This document shows positions 52,217 to 64,000 of a DNA stretch of 64,000 nucleotides, piece by piece. The notes beneath the pieces are model-generated. The model was given only the letters and a program-made list of their open reading frames with translations, ran no database searches and was not told the origin of the DNA. The stretch's first letter is position 1; the number at the start of each line of letters is the position of its first letter. This DNA is from Octopus vulgaris (taxonomy: Eukaryota), in the NCBI GenBank assembly GCA_951406725.2, contig OX597824.1:95356001-95420000 (forward strand), written 5' to 3'. The position numbers and the translations under genes were made by a program.

Positions 52217-52491
52217 TTAGGATGTGGTTAGGCCTCTGGTAACTAAATGTAGCATTTCGTCAGACCTCTGGTAACTAAAATTAGGATTTCATCAGAGCAC
52301 TTGTTACTAAACTTATGATTTCGTTAGGCCTCTGGTAATTAACGTTAGTATTGCGTCAAATCTTTGGTTACTAAAATTAGGATTTTAGACCTTCGGTTAT
52401 TTAACGTAGAATTTCGTCAGGCCTCTTGTAACTAAAATTAGCATTTCGTTATGTCTCTTGGTAGTTAATAATCGAACATTTCGTTAGACCT
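52217..52491. repeat. Degenerate 32-bp minisatellite, about 8-9 copies
   Basis: Consensus approximately TTAGGATTTCGTTAGGCCTCTGGTAACTAAAA; units abut with no unique spacers. Confidence 0.85.
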
Positions 52492-54369
52492 ATGATTAAA
52501 AGTATTCTAGTCATGTTACATCCCGAGGTATGTAGACAATGTTATGAGGTCATCGAGCTACTAAATTTTAGTACCCCAACCTGTTAAAGTTTGGGTTTAA
52601 AGGCCACAGTTATGTCGTTGTTGTGACTTCGTATAAAACGTGATTAGTTAAAGCAGTTACGAAGAATGAGCACAAGATAAAAATCTATGAAATGAAAGAC
52701 AAACTGTTTTTAATAACCCTTTTACTACAAAAATTAGATCCACTCAAGGCAACGTGACTTGCAGAAAACACCAATTTTAGTTATTGGTATGTATTTAGTA
52801 TCATTACTGGAATAACCATGAACTGTTATTTCGCTGTGAAAGTGTTAAAAGTCGGCTGTCTTTCCACTTTATAAGCCATTTGTGCAGACCCGTGACGCAA
52901 AACGAAGGATATTTTTAGTTTTATTCAATTTTCAATTCCGTTCACACACGTCGTTAAAGTGAAACTTAGCTTGAAGCTGTGAAAAGATGAAAACGGATGC
53001 GGAAGCAATAGACTACTATAAAAATACCACGAAAGAAAATTTCGGTTCAAAATTCTAAAGATCGTCAAAGTGAAAGCTTAAGAGTCGAGTACGTAAAAGT
53101 AACAAATGACTATTTTAAAAGAAACGAATTCAGGTGGGATACGTAGCCCTTTCCTTGTTGGGTTGAAAAAAAATTAAATAAATATTGTTATATATATAGG
53201 CGCAGGAGTGGCTGTGTGGTAAGTAGATGCTTACCAACCACATGGTTCCGGGTTCAGTCCCACTGTGTGGCACTTTGGGCAAGTGTCTTCTACTAGAGCC
53301 TTGGGTAGACGGAAACTGAAAGAAGCCCGTCGTGTATATGTATATATGTGTTTGTCCTCCCAACATCGCTTGACAACCGATGCTGGTGTGTTCATGTCCC
53401 CGTAACTTAGCGGTTTGGCAAAAGAGACCGATAGAATAAGTACTTGGCTTACAAAGAATAAGTCCTGGGGTCGATTTGCTTGACTAAAGGTGGTGCTCCA
53501 GCATGGCCACAGTCAAATGACTGAAACAAGTAAAAGAGTAAAGAGAGAGAGTATGTATATATATATTTTTTTTTGGCCAAAATAAACCTACGCACGATAT
53601 ATTCGTTCTCCGCTTGTTTATAATTGTTCTTTTTTTTTTAATTTTATGGCCATTGTTTTGAAATCTTTCAAACATTTGTGTCTCCAGTGATTCTGACATC
53701 CATGTGTTTCCTTCATGTCACTGAAGTGGTCACATGTATGACGAAAGACAATGGACAGAGGACCAAATAAGAACAATAATAAATGTGTGTAGAACAATAT
53801 ACAGTCTTTTACTTGGTTCAGTCATTTGGCTGTGGCCATGCTGGAGCACCACCTTTAATCGAGCAAATCGACCTCAGAGCTTATTCTTTGTAAGCCTAGT
53901 ACTTATTCTATCAGTCTCTTTTGTCGAACCATTAAATTATGGGGCATAAACACACCAGTTTCGGTTGTCAAGCGATGTTGGGGGGACAAACACAGACATA
54001 CATATATATATACATATATGACGGGCTTCTCCCAGTTTCTGTCTACCAAATCCACTCACAAGGTTTTGGTTGGCCCAAGGTTTCATGTAGTGGGACTGAA
54101 CCCGACACATTGTGGTTGGTAAGCAAGCTACTTACCACACAGCCAGTCTTTATTTTAGTAAAAAAACAAAACCATCCTGAAATATAATATCTCTTTCAAC
54201 ACATGATTTCACATTAGGAATCCTTCAAAACAGATTCATAAACGACTTAAATAAATAAAAAAAATTACAGATATTTTGTTTACAAGCATTTGCTTATATC
54301 AGATCTTCCTAAACTGGAGCCTTAAACTGATTTGATTATTTTTCACTGCAGAATTTGGGAAATTTAGCA

Positions 54370-56272
54370 TATAATATTGCCAGAAGAGAGGCTAGGAGGC
54401 AGGTTTACTTAGCCAGAGGATAAAAAAAAAAGTTTGCCAATGTTCTGCTTCATGAGGTCCAGAGACTTGAAGTGTTTCAAATTGCAAGACAGTTTGTAAG
54501 AGAAAATCATGATGTCATAGGAGAGAAATGTGTCCACATAGATTCTGGCTGTGTCAGCTGTAGTCTAGTGACCTGTATAGTCAATCAGGTGATACACGAA
54601 GGAGTCATACCCAAGGAGAGGTGTAATAGCACCATAGTCAACTGCTACAAAGGGGATACCGTAGATAGAAATAATTACAAAGGTATCAAATTGTTGGATC
54701 AGGTGATGAAAGTCACGAGAGGGTCATAGCCCAACTAATTAGGGAGAGAGTCAGTTTAGGTGAGATGCAGTTTGTGTCAAGGAGAAACACCACTGATGCT
54801 ATATTTCTGGTAAGACAGCTGCACGAGAAATTCCTAGCCAAAGATAAACCTCTGTACTTGGCTTTTGTTGACATGGAGAAAGCCTTTGACAGGGTGCTCC
54901 AATCCCTTATCTGGTGATTAATGCAGATGAGTGGTTGGTGAGAGCTGTACAAGCCATGTACAGGGATGCTGTCAGAAAGGTGAGGGTTGGCAACAAGTAT
55001 AGTGAAGAATTCCAGGTAGAAGTAAGGGTTCACCAAGGATTGGTCCTCAGCCCCCTCTTATTCATCATAGTCCTCCAGGCAATAACAGAGGAATTCAAGC
55101 CAGACTGCCCCAGGAGCTCCTCTATGTTGATGACCTTGCTCTAATAGCAGAGTCACTATCAGAACTAGAGAAGTTTCAGGTGTGGTAGCAAGGTCTAGAG
55201 TTGTAGGACTTTAGAGTCATCCTAGTAAAAACCACTGCTCGATCTGTAGAAAAGGCATCAGTAGAAACTCCATTAGCTGTACCCAGTGTAAGCTATGGAC
55301 ACATAAGAGCTGCAACAATACCAAAGGAAGGTTAAGTTAGAAGAGTTTTTATGTGTGGTAGATGCACACATGCAATAGACGCCAAAGTTGTACAGATAAC
55401 AAATTCCATCACATGCCAGGAGGAACTAGAAGTAGTTGATAGCTTCCGTTACCGAGGTGACTAAGTCAGTAGTGGGGGTAGATGCTCTGAGATCATAGTT
55501 GCTAGAATAAGAATAGCCTGGGCAAAGTTCAGAGAGCTCCTAACTCTGCTGGTAACAAAGGGTTTCTCACTCAGAATGAATGGTCGACTGTGTGTGAACA
55601 GCCATGCTACATGGCAGTGAAACATGGACCTGTGACTGCTGAGGGCATGTGTAGGCTTGAAAGAAATGAAGCTAGTATACTCCGCTGGATGTGTAAAGTC
55701 AGTGTGCATACACGACAGAGCGCAAGTGCCCTGAGAGAAAAGTTGGACATAAGAAGCATCAGATGTGGTGTACGGCACTCAATATGTTCATGTGTTACAT
55801 ATGGATAAGGGCAGCTGTGTGAAGAATGTCACACCCTAACAGTGGAGGGAACCTATGAGATGAGGTGGTGAAGCATGACCTTCAAACATTGGGCCTTACA
55901 GAGGCTATGACAAGTGACTGAGAAGACCTGGCAAACCTAGTGAGCTCGTAGCTGTGGCCGATGCCAGTGTCACATAACTGGCCCCTTTAAAAATACCCTT
56001 CAATCATCGGGCAATGTGCTGTGCTTGTGAAGACCTATCGAACCAAGTGAAACCATAGTCATGGCCAGTGTCAGCGCTGCCTGACTGGCACCCATACTGG
56101 TGGCACTTACAAGGTACTGTTTGAGCATGGTCGATGCCAGAGCCGCCCGACTACACTCTTGGAATGGTGGGCATTAGGAAGGGCATCCAGCTGTAGAAAC
56201 TGCCAAATCAGATTGGAGCCTGGTGCAGCCTCCCGGCTTGCCAGTCCTCAGTTAAACACAACGATGATGATG
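54370..56272 (+). mobile_element. Decayed RTE LINE (RT region, 3' UTR, (GAT)n tail)
   Basis: NYKGIKLLDQVMKV, TTDAIFLVRQLHEK...LYLAFVDMEKAFDRV, VHQGLVLSPLLFIIVL and LLYVDDL; ends ACGATGATGATG. Confidence 0.9.
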
Positions 56273-56904
56273 AATGTGGCATTAGAGTGCCACTGTGACG
56301 AATATTAATTGCAACCATGTGGTTTCAGGTTCAATCCCACTGGGCAACACTTTGGGCATCTTCTATTGTTCTGGGCCGACCAATGTCTTGTGAGTGAATT
56401 AGGTTGACAGAAACTGCGTGGATGTGTGTGTGTGTGTAAGCCTTTGTGCCTGTCCCCCCACTTCCACCACATGACAATTGGTGTTGGGTTGTTTACATTC
56501 GCTTAACATAGCAGTTTCAGAAAGGGGACTTAAAAGTTGATTTGTTTTTTCATTAAACAAATCAAAGCTCTGGGTGCTCCAGCATGGCTGTAGTCCAAGT
56601 TCCAGTACACTTTATGATTAACATTCTTCTTTAAAGGAACATCAGGTGACATTACCTTGAGGCCAGACTATTTGCAATATAATGTTAGTTCAAAAGGCAG
56701 GCAGAGCTCTTAAAATGTGAAAGCTATAATCAGTGGAAATGGAAAAAAATTGTTCAAATTCTTATCTAACTCTGAATAGTGAATCTCATTCTCTGTAGTG
56801 TGAATTGTTTCTCTAAACAATTTAACTCCTTTGTTGCCATACTTCTGTTAAAATATACTGCTTTCGGTGAGTCTAAAAAAGAATGGAAAATTTGTCATTT
56901 GTAA

Positions 56905-57183
56905 ACTGGTATTTGCAACCTGTGTCATCTCTTGTGAAAGGTAGGAGAGTCCAGTTTGCTGGACATTGTTGTAGTGCTGATAAAGAGGTAATTTCTCCTC
57001 TTCTCCTCTGGAAGCCATCTGCTCGCAATACCAGAGGGCGCACACTCTCCTACCCTGATGTAATCTCCAGGGATACAGGCATCCAGCAATAGGATCTCCG
57101 TAATGCCATGATGGACCATGAAGTCTGGCGTAGCATGGTAAATTCCATTGTCTCGACCACGGTCGAACAATGATGATGATGAT
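56905..57183 (+). mobile_element. RTE-like LINE 3' fragment
   Basis: RRVQFAGHC...LLLWKP...RGRTLSYPDVISRDTG...WRSMV followed by (GAT)n. Confidence 0.72.
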
Positions 57184-58151
57184 TTGGAATATAAATGGAC
57201 ATGACATTTTGATGGTAAATTTTAATTTAAATGCTTTTAAAACAAGAAATTTATGTCATAGGACCAGGGACAGTTTCAGGTGGGTTGATATCAAAAGAGT
57301 TAAAGAACTTGGGTAGTCTCAGGTTGGTTGGTTGGTTGGTAGCAAAAGTGTTAGAATGAGCAAATAAGATAGAAATGTGTTCTGAAGTAAGACACTCTGC
57401 AATGATGAACAGACTAATGGGTTTATGAAGAGGGATATGTCTTCCATATGGAATTAAACCAGCTAGTACTATGGTTGGCGATTAGTGCCAATGTCTGAAG
57501 CTTTCAATCTTGTTCACTTCCTGGAGCACTAGAAATAATTAAAAAAAAATAATGCTAAGAAGTTTGCTTCGCAACCACATGGTTCCGGGTTCAGTCCTAC
57601 TGTGTGGCACCTTGGGCAAGTGTCTTCTATAGCCTTGGGCCAACCAAAGCTTTGTGAGTAGATTTGTTAGATGGAAACTAAAAGAAGCCCATTTGATGTC
57701 CTTACAAAAATTCCTCACATTGATGAAAATGACAATGCATAAATTTAATTATAATTACTATGGTTATAATCTTTTTCTTACATATTCGTATTGTCCTTTG
57801 AAACAAACATATGTATTGAATCCTATTTTGTACTAAATCTAATTTTGATTCAACATCTTTTTCTCCTCCAATTTTCTGTAATTATTTGTAGTTTATTTGT
57901 ACATATAACGATACTTTTCAACTATATGTATTTGTGTGTCTGTGTTTGTCCCCCTACCATTGCTTGACAACTGATGTTGGTGTGTTTACGTCCCCGAAAC
58001 CTAGCAGTTTGGCAAAAGAAACCAATAGAATAAGTACTAAAGCTTACAAAGAATAACTCCTGGTGTTGATCTGTTTGACTAAAGGTGGTGCTCCAGCATG
58101 GCCACAGTCAAATAACTGAAACAAGTAAAAGAGTAAAAGAGTCGCATTCTT

Positions 58152-58310
58152 TACATTTGACGGATATTTTGTCCTCATCTTGTTTGTTGTTAACGTTTCG
58201 GCTGATATACCCTCCAGCCTTCATCAGGTGTCTTGGGGAAATTTGAACCTGGGTTCTCATTCCTAAGGTATTTTTCAATGTTGTTGTTATACTATTATTA
58301 TTATTCAGGT
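58152..58310 (-). mobile_element. Penelope-like terminal fragment, family D, with a CUGAUGA hammerhead core
   Basis: Minus strand: GACAC-CTGATGA-A-GGCTG-GAGGGTATAT-CAGCC-GAA-ACGT-T. The 3' strand of stem I is not evident in this copy. Confidence 0.6.
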
Positions 58311-58342
58311 CTTTGACAATATCACTTTTTTTCTCTTTTCAG

Positions 58343-58363
58343 TCACCTGTATTTGATGGAAAG
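58343..58363 (+). CDS. PARP1: PARP1 21-nt microexon (SPVFDGK)
   Basis: ttttttttctcttttcAG|TCACCTGTATTTGATGGAAAG|GTAAGT. Fills exactly the conserved SPxFDGK segment between MVQ and VPxW. Confidence 0.92.
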
Positions 58364-59227
58364 GTAAGTTAATCATTTTATTTGTCAATATGTATTTTCA
58401 TAAGGCGGCGAGTTGGCAGAAACATTAGTATGCCAGGCAAAATGTTTAGTGGTACTTCGTCTGTCTTTACATTCTGAGTTCAAATTCCACTGATGTCGAC
58501 TTTGCCTTTCATCCTTTTGGGGATCGATAAATTAAGTACCAGTTATGCACTGGGGTTGATATAATCGACTTAATCCGTTTGTCCTCTCTGTGTTTAGCCC
58601 CTTGTGGGTAGTAAAGAAATAGGTATTTCTTCTGTCTTTATGTTCTGAGTTCAAATTCCGCCGAGGTTGACTTTGCCTTTCATCCTTTTGGGGTTGATAA
58701 AATTAAGTACCAGTTACATATTGGGGTCAATCTAATCGACTGGCTCATCCCTAAAAATTTCGGACCTTGTGCCTAGAGTAGAAAAGAATATGTATTTTCA
58801 TGAAAAAAACTTCGTTTTCCTCAACAGAATTTTAATTTTTTTATATTTCGTTGCAAATTCAGTAGAAAGATATATATTTAGTTATGAAGGCTTGGATGTG
58901 TGGGTGACTGGTTAAGTTGTTCACTTTGGTATCACGTGGTTGTGATTAGGAGTTGGGTTCCAGTGCATGGAAAACGGATGTTAAACGATGATGATATATT
59001 ATGCTGAGTAGAAGTGTGTGGCTTAGTCGTTAAGATTTTAGACTCATGATCATAAGATTGTGGTTTCAATTCCTGGACTGAGCAACACGTTGAGCAGAGT
59101 AGAGTGAAGGACAGGTTGATTTTAAAAAGGTCAAAGTAATTTTTCACTTGAAAAAAAAAAAAAAGAATTAAAGTTTCCAATTTGAATTTTAGTTTTGAAA
59201 CAGTGTTCTTTATATTGGTTTGTTTAG

Positions 59228-59351
59228 GTGCCAAACTGGTTCCATTTTGCCTGCTTCTGGAAGAGATCCCGTGTTTCTAATCATCAAGAAATACACAACT
59301 TTGACTCGTTACGTTGGGAAGACCAGAAGAATATCAAAGACAAAATAGCAG
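59228..59351 (+). CDS. PARP1: PARP1 exon 3 (end of zinc finger 1)
   Basis: tttAG|GTG...GCAG|GTACGA. Encodes VPNWFHFACFWKRSRVSNHQEIHNFDSLRWEDQKNIKDKIA. Confidence 0.94.
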
Positions 59352-61176
59352 GTACGAATAATAAATTGTAATCTCTGTTTCTCTCCTCCTCTCTTTTTCA
59401 CTTTTTTTTTATTTGTAAGTGTATATTTCAGCATGTATGTGTCTGTCTGTCTGTCTTCTGTGCCAAAAGGTGCTGTTGCCAAAACAGACTGAATGTCCAA
59501 TCTTCCAAGCCAAATTTTCAGCATCTAAACAGCTGTACCCTATCATCTCATTTTGTTGTTATTGGGCCCTTATTGTTCTCATCCCCAGTAAAAGGAGATA
59601 AATTTTATTTATATTTAAAATATCCATTCCTCTGACAACGGAGCTCCAGTTTGTTTTCTTTGAAGAACAATAGGATAATGTGTCCCCTGTTCTTAACTCT
59701 CTTAGGTAACAAGGATCCCTCCCCTGCAATGATATCAGAAGTGGTTGAAGATAAGAATAATTAAAATGCAGTCTACCTAAAAAAAATCATCATCATCATC
59801 GTTTAACGTCCGCTTTCCATGCTAGCATGGGTTGGACGATTTTGACTGAGGGCTGGTGAATCAGATGGCTGCACCAGGCTCCAATCTTGATCTGGCAGAG
59901 TTTCTACAGCTGGATGCTCTTCCTAACGCCAACCACTCCATGCTACGTAAAAAGCACTCGTGCTGGTGCTACATAAAGGGCACTCGCATTGGTGCCATGT
60001 AAAAGGCACTCGTGCCACATAAATAGTGCTCATGTTAGTGCTGTGTTAAAGCACTCAGTAGATTCTATAAAGTGGTTCGCATTAGGAAGGGCATCCAGCC
60101 ATAGAAACCATTGCAAAATAGACATGATGCCTGGGCAGCTGTCAGACCATCCAATTCATGCCAGCATGGAAAAGGACATTAAGTGATGATGATATTCTTT
60201 TCAACTCTGGGCACAAGGCCTGAAATTTTTTGGGAGGAGGAGCAGTCGATTAGATCGACCCCATTACACATCTGGTACTTAATTTATCAATCCTTGAAAG
60301 GATGAAAGGCAAAGTCAACCTCGGTGGAATTTGAACTCCGAACATAAAGACAGGTGAAATACCTATTTCTTTACTACCCAACAAGGGGCTAAACACAGAG
60401 GGGACAAACAAGGACAAACAAATGGATTGTCCATTATATCGACCCCAGTGCGTAACTGGTACTTAATTTATTGACCCCGAAAGGGTGAAAGGCAAAGTCG
60501 ACCTCGGCAGAATTTGAACTCAGAACTTAGCGACAGACGAAATACCGCTAAGCATTTCGCCTGGCATGCTAACGATTCTGCCAGCTTGCTGCCTTTAAAT
60601 GATGATGATGAGATTGAATGCCTAATGATTTCATACTATTTTGTTAATATCTAACTCAATAACACAGACATGTGTTTGTTTTTTGAAGGGTAAAGTATAA
60701 GAAAATAAAGGTGTGTGGCCTGGTAGTCAGGGTGTTGCATTCGTGGTCACAAGATTGTGGTTTCAGTTTCTGAACCGGGCAGTGCAGTGTGTTGCTGAGC
60801 TAAACATTTCATTTCCCATCGCTTCAGTACATTCAGCTGTAAATGGCTAACCCCTATGATTGACCAGCATCCCATTCGCTGGGAATGTGGGGACCTTAGT
60901 CACCTATATGGCATGCTAGACGGGTCACTGGCCCTTTGAATTCTTGGTTTCGGGGTAGCAAAGTCCAGATCTTTTTATTCTTTTTACTTGTTTCAGTCAT
61001 TTTAACTGTGGCCATGCTGGAGCACCGCCTTTAGTCGAGCAAATCGACCCCAGGACTTATTCTTTGTAAGCCTAGTACTTATTCTATCAGTCTCTTTTGC
61101 CGAACTGCTAGGTTACGGGGATGTAAACACATCAGCATTGGTTGTCAAGCAATGTTGTGGTAACCCACAAACACAC

Positions 61177-61233
<57 letters not shown>

Positions 61234-61474
61234 TACATATATACGACGGACTTCTTTCAGCCTCCGTCTACCAAATCCACTCACAAGGCTTTGGTCGGCC
61301 CGAGGCTATAGTAGAAGACACTTGCCCAAGGTACCATGCAGTGGGACTGAACCCAGAACCATGTGGTTGGCAAGCAAGCTACTTACCACACAGCCACTCC
61401 TACGCCTAGATGTTGATTATAAGTATAAAATAATGTCTTCTTGCTAATTTCTTTCTCTTTCGTTGTTCTTGCAG

Positions 61475-61605
61475 GTGGGAGTGGTGGAATTAACGAGAAA
61501 AGTGCTGCGGCTGGTGGCTCCGGACCTGCTGTTAGTGATTTCAAAGCCGAGTATGCAAAATCAAACCGGAGCAAGTGTCGAGGCTGTGAAGAGAAAATCG
61601 ATAAA
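61475..61605 (+). CDS. PARP1: PARP1 exon 4 (Gly-rich linker and start of zinc finger 2)
   Basis: ttgcAG|GT...AAA|GTAAAT. Encodes GGSGGINEKSAAAGGSGPAVSDFKAEYAKSNRSKCRGCEEKIDK. Confidence 0.93.
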
Positions 61606-62060
61606 GTAAATAATTTGGTTTACATTGAAAAAATAAAGTCTTTGGGATAAATGTTTGGTATTTTTGAACAGCAGAATCAAATACTGCTTGCATCAAAAGG
61701 GATGGCTGTATCGATCCATGACATTGTTCTTCCTCCCCCTCCAGAACATTGTTTCTCGTAGGAGCAGATGTAGCTGACAAGACTGATATGAGATGGGCAA
61801 ATCCTTTGGCAGGAGGGCACTGAAAGTGACCTTAACCCTTTCGTTACCAACCCGGCTGAAACCATCTCTGACTCTGTAGTACAAACGTCTTGTTTTCATA
61901 AGTTTTCAATTAAAATCTTCCACCAAACCTTAGTCACAATTCATGTTCCTAACACTAGCTTAATGACAACTAAGTTAGCTTACTAAATTCTTTGTTGTAT
62001 TTAAAGTAATTAAAAGAAACACAGATCATCTCAAAATAAATACAGTAATGAAAGGGTTAA

Positions 62061-62282
62061 CCCCTTAGTGTTCAGATTATTCTGTCAAATGTGATGTTTG
62101 TTTATTTAAAGTGGTTTGAATTAATCCTGCGTTATCTTGTAGTTTAGAGATTTCAGTGGTGTGATTTTTTTTAGTTTTAGAATGACATTGTAGGGCTGAG
62201 GTGAGAGGTGAGATCTGGTCAGTTTCAATATGAAACAAGTTAAATATTTTGGCCGGATATGGCCGGTTTGAATGCTAAAGGG
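62061..62282. mobile_element. piggyBac-type MITE family 2; copies at 28960-29783 (interrupted) and about 38573-38770
   Basis: TTAA|CCC(C/T)TTAG...CTAAAGGG|T(T)TAA termini with a shared body. Confidence 0.75.
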
Positions 62283-63011
62283 TTTAACAACATCCACAGA
62301 GGGTTGATGACCACATCTCCTCTCTTCATGCAGTCTCCTGCGTTTGGTTTCAAAGCACTCTACTTCAACATCACACACGGACCCCCTATGCATTCTGATT
62401 AACGTCTAGGGGCTCTAAATGTTTGAGAGGGACACCACCTAAAATGAGAGACTGCTTGAGATGATCGCGATAAAGTTTTCCATGTGGCCTATTTTCAGTC
62501 TTGATCTTACTGAAGAGGGCCATCTTTGTGCGCCAGTTACCCGGCATCCAAATCACATGGCCAGCCCTGCTATGATTCTGTTAATCCATCACCATTATGG
62601 AATAACATTTCAGAGCAGGTGTGAGAGCTTAGCTCTGGTTAGTTGCAACATAAAACTGGTAGAATATTTGGACTGGGTACGGCTAGTTTAATTGATAAAG
62701 GTTTAAGCCACTCTAACTCTGCCCATCCCAGTTTATTTTCAGCTAATGCATCTGTAACTATATTAGCTAATGTGTCCTTCCTTCCTTTTGGTTTTTAAAA
62801 TAAAATGTAGTTTGAGGAAACCATAGCTACTATTTCTAGCAGGTCATGTGACCACATCAATGCTTTCTCTTATTGACTCTGTTTCGTATTTTTAGTTGTG
62901 TGTTCAAGTTTTTTTTTTTTCTTTTGCTTTTGTAAGTTAAAATCTCTGCAGTCACCTGTTGCAAACACAAATTGAATTATCTTCTTTTGCATTGATTTAT
63001 GGTTCTTGTAG

Positions 63012-63148
63012 GATGCTTTACGCTTATCAAAGAAAGATTTTACGAGTGAAAGGGCAAAGATGTATGGCCCACAAGACACCTGGTACCATGTTGACTGTTT
63101 TGTTAAAAACCGTGATGAACTGGAATTTGCAGACAAGAGTGTTGATGA
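63012..63148 (+). CDS. PARP1: PARP1 exon 5 (zinc finger 2); gene continues beyond the window
   Basis: ttgtAG|GAT...GA|GTGAGT. Encodes DALRLSKKDFTSERAKMYGPQDTWYHVDCFVKNRDELEFADKSVD. Confidence 0.92.
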
Positions 63149-63596
63149 GTGAGTATTAATCATAAAGTCATTAATAGTTTCAAATTTTGATATTAGGCGA
63201 GCAAATTTGAGAGGAGGGGGTAAGACGACTACATCGGTCATAGAGTTCAGCTGGAGTTTATTTTATTGCCTGCAAAAGAATGAAAGGCAAAGTCGCCCTC
63301 AGAGGAATTTGAACTCAGAATGTAAAGAACTGGAAGACCTGCTGCTTGGCATTTTGTTTGCCATGCTAATGATTCTGCCAGCTTGCCATTTTAATAATAA
63401 TAATAATCTTTTCTGCTATAGGCACAAGGCTTAGAATTTTTGAGGAGGGAGATAATTTATCAACCCCAAGAGGATAAAAAGCAAAATTGACTTTGGTGGA
63501 ATTTGAACTCGAGATGTAAAGAGCTGGAAGATATGCTTCCATGCGTTTTGTCTGATGTGCTAACAATCTGCCAACTTCCCACCTTATATCAAAGTC

Positions 63597-63958
63597 AACA
63601 AGAGCACTCAGTGCAAACCTCTGCCAAGGCAACACCAACATCCTCTCAATGATTAGCTGGAGATGATTTTTAAAATGAGAATATCTTAAATAAACTTGAC
63701 TGCTCTCACAAACGAGAATACTAAAAATGAACTCAACTGCTCTCAAAAATTAAATAAAAAAAACGGGAAAATAATCCAGAATCCTTGTGCAGGACTGGAT
63801 TGATCCCAAAATTTAATCAGTTTGTACCAGTCACAAGGCCAAACATCCCTGAAAGTTTCATCTGAATATATCCAGCAGTTCTTGAGATATCTTGTCCATG
63901 GACGAACAAACAAACATGACTGAAAACAATACCTCTGCCTTTGTTAAGGCGAAGGTGA
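63597..63958. mobile_element. Helentron-associated (HINE/DINE-1-like) element
   Basis: Begins AACAAGAG, repeats ACCTCTGCC near both ends, ends in an imperfect hairpin ACCTCTGCCTT-TGTT-AAGGCGAAGGT, and contains a short (ACAA)n run. Confidence 0.5.
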
Positions 63959-64000
63959 TATTAAAGCTCAGTAAAGTTAAGTGGAATGGCTTGTCTGTGA

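Noticed and set aside
52217-52491. CRISPR-like ~32-bp periodicity, with TTAGG words suggesting telomeric repeat
   Set aside because: Units abut with no unique spacers, there are no cas genes, the context is a eukaryotic intron, and TTAGG is not tandemly repeated.

Overview
Eukaryotic, AT-rich, repeat-dense animal DNA. The SINE, RTE and microsatellite landscape suggests a cephalopod, probably Octopus (inference). There are two spliced + strand genes. The first is the 3' part of a BTBD7 orthologue: six coding exons between 6845 and 30769 with consistent splice phases, then a long TE-poor putative 3' UTR. The second is the 5' part of PARP1: five exons from 49869 to 63148 encoding zinc fingers 1 and 2, including a 21-nt microexon. 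The rest is mobile-element debris: tRNA-derived SINEs, Meta-domain SINEs, RTE and CR1-group LINE fragments, Tc1/mariner relics, Helitrons, and piggyBac/hAT/Tigger-type MITEs. Three observations stand out. (1) Four different Penelope-like remnants, three of them fold-back, carry minimal type I hammerhead ribozyme motifs that show three Watson-Crick versions of the core 3-8 pair (C3G8, U3A8, G3C8); four of six copies sit within about 50 nt of an exon. (2) A tandemly repeated compact H-type pseudoknot-like motif with covariation lies in RTE-associated 3' ends. (3) A 78-bp ungapped CpG-rich inverted repeat lies just inside PARP1 intron 1. No prokaryotic systems or CRISPR arrays are present, and nearly all ORF-track entries are spurious.
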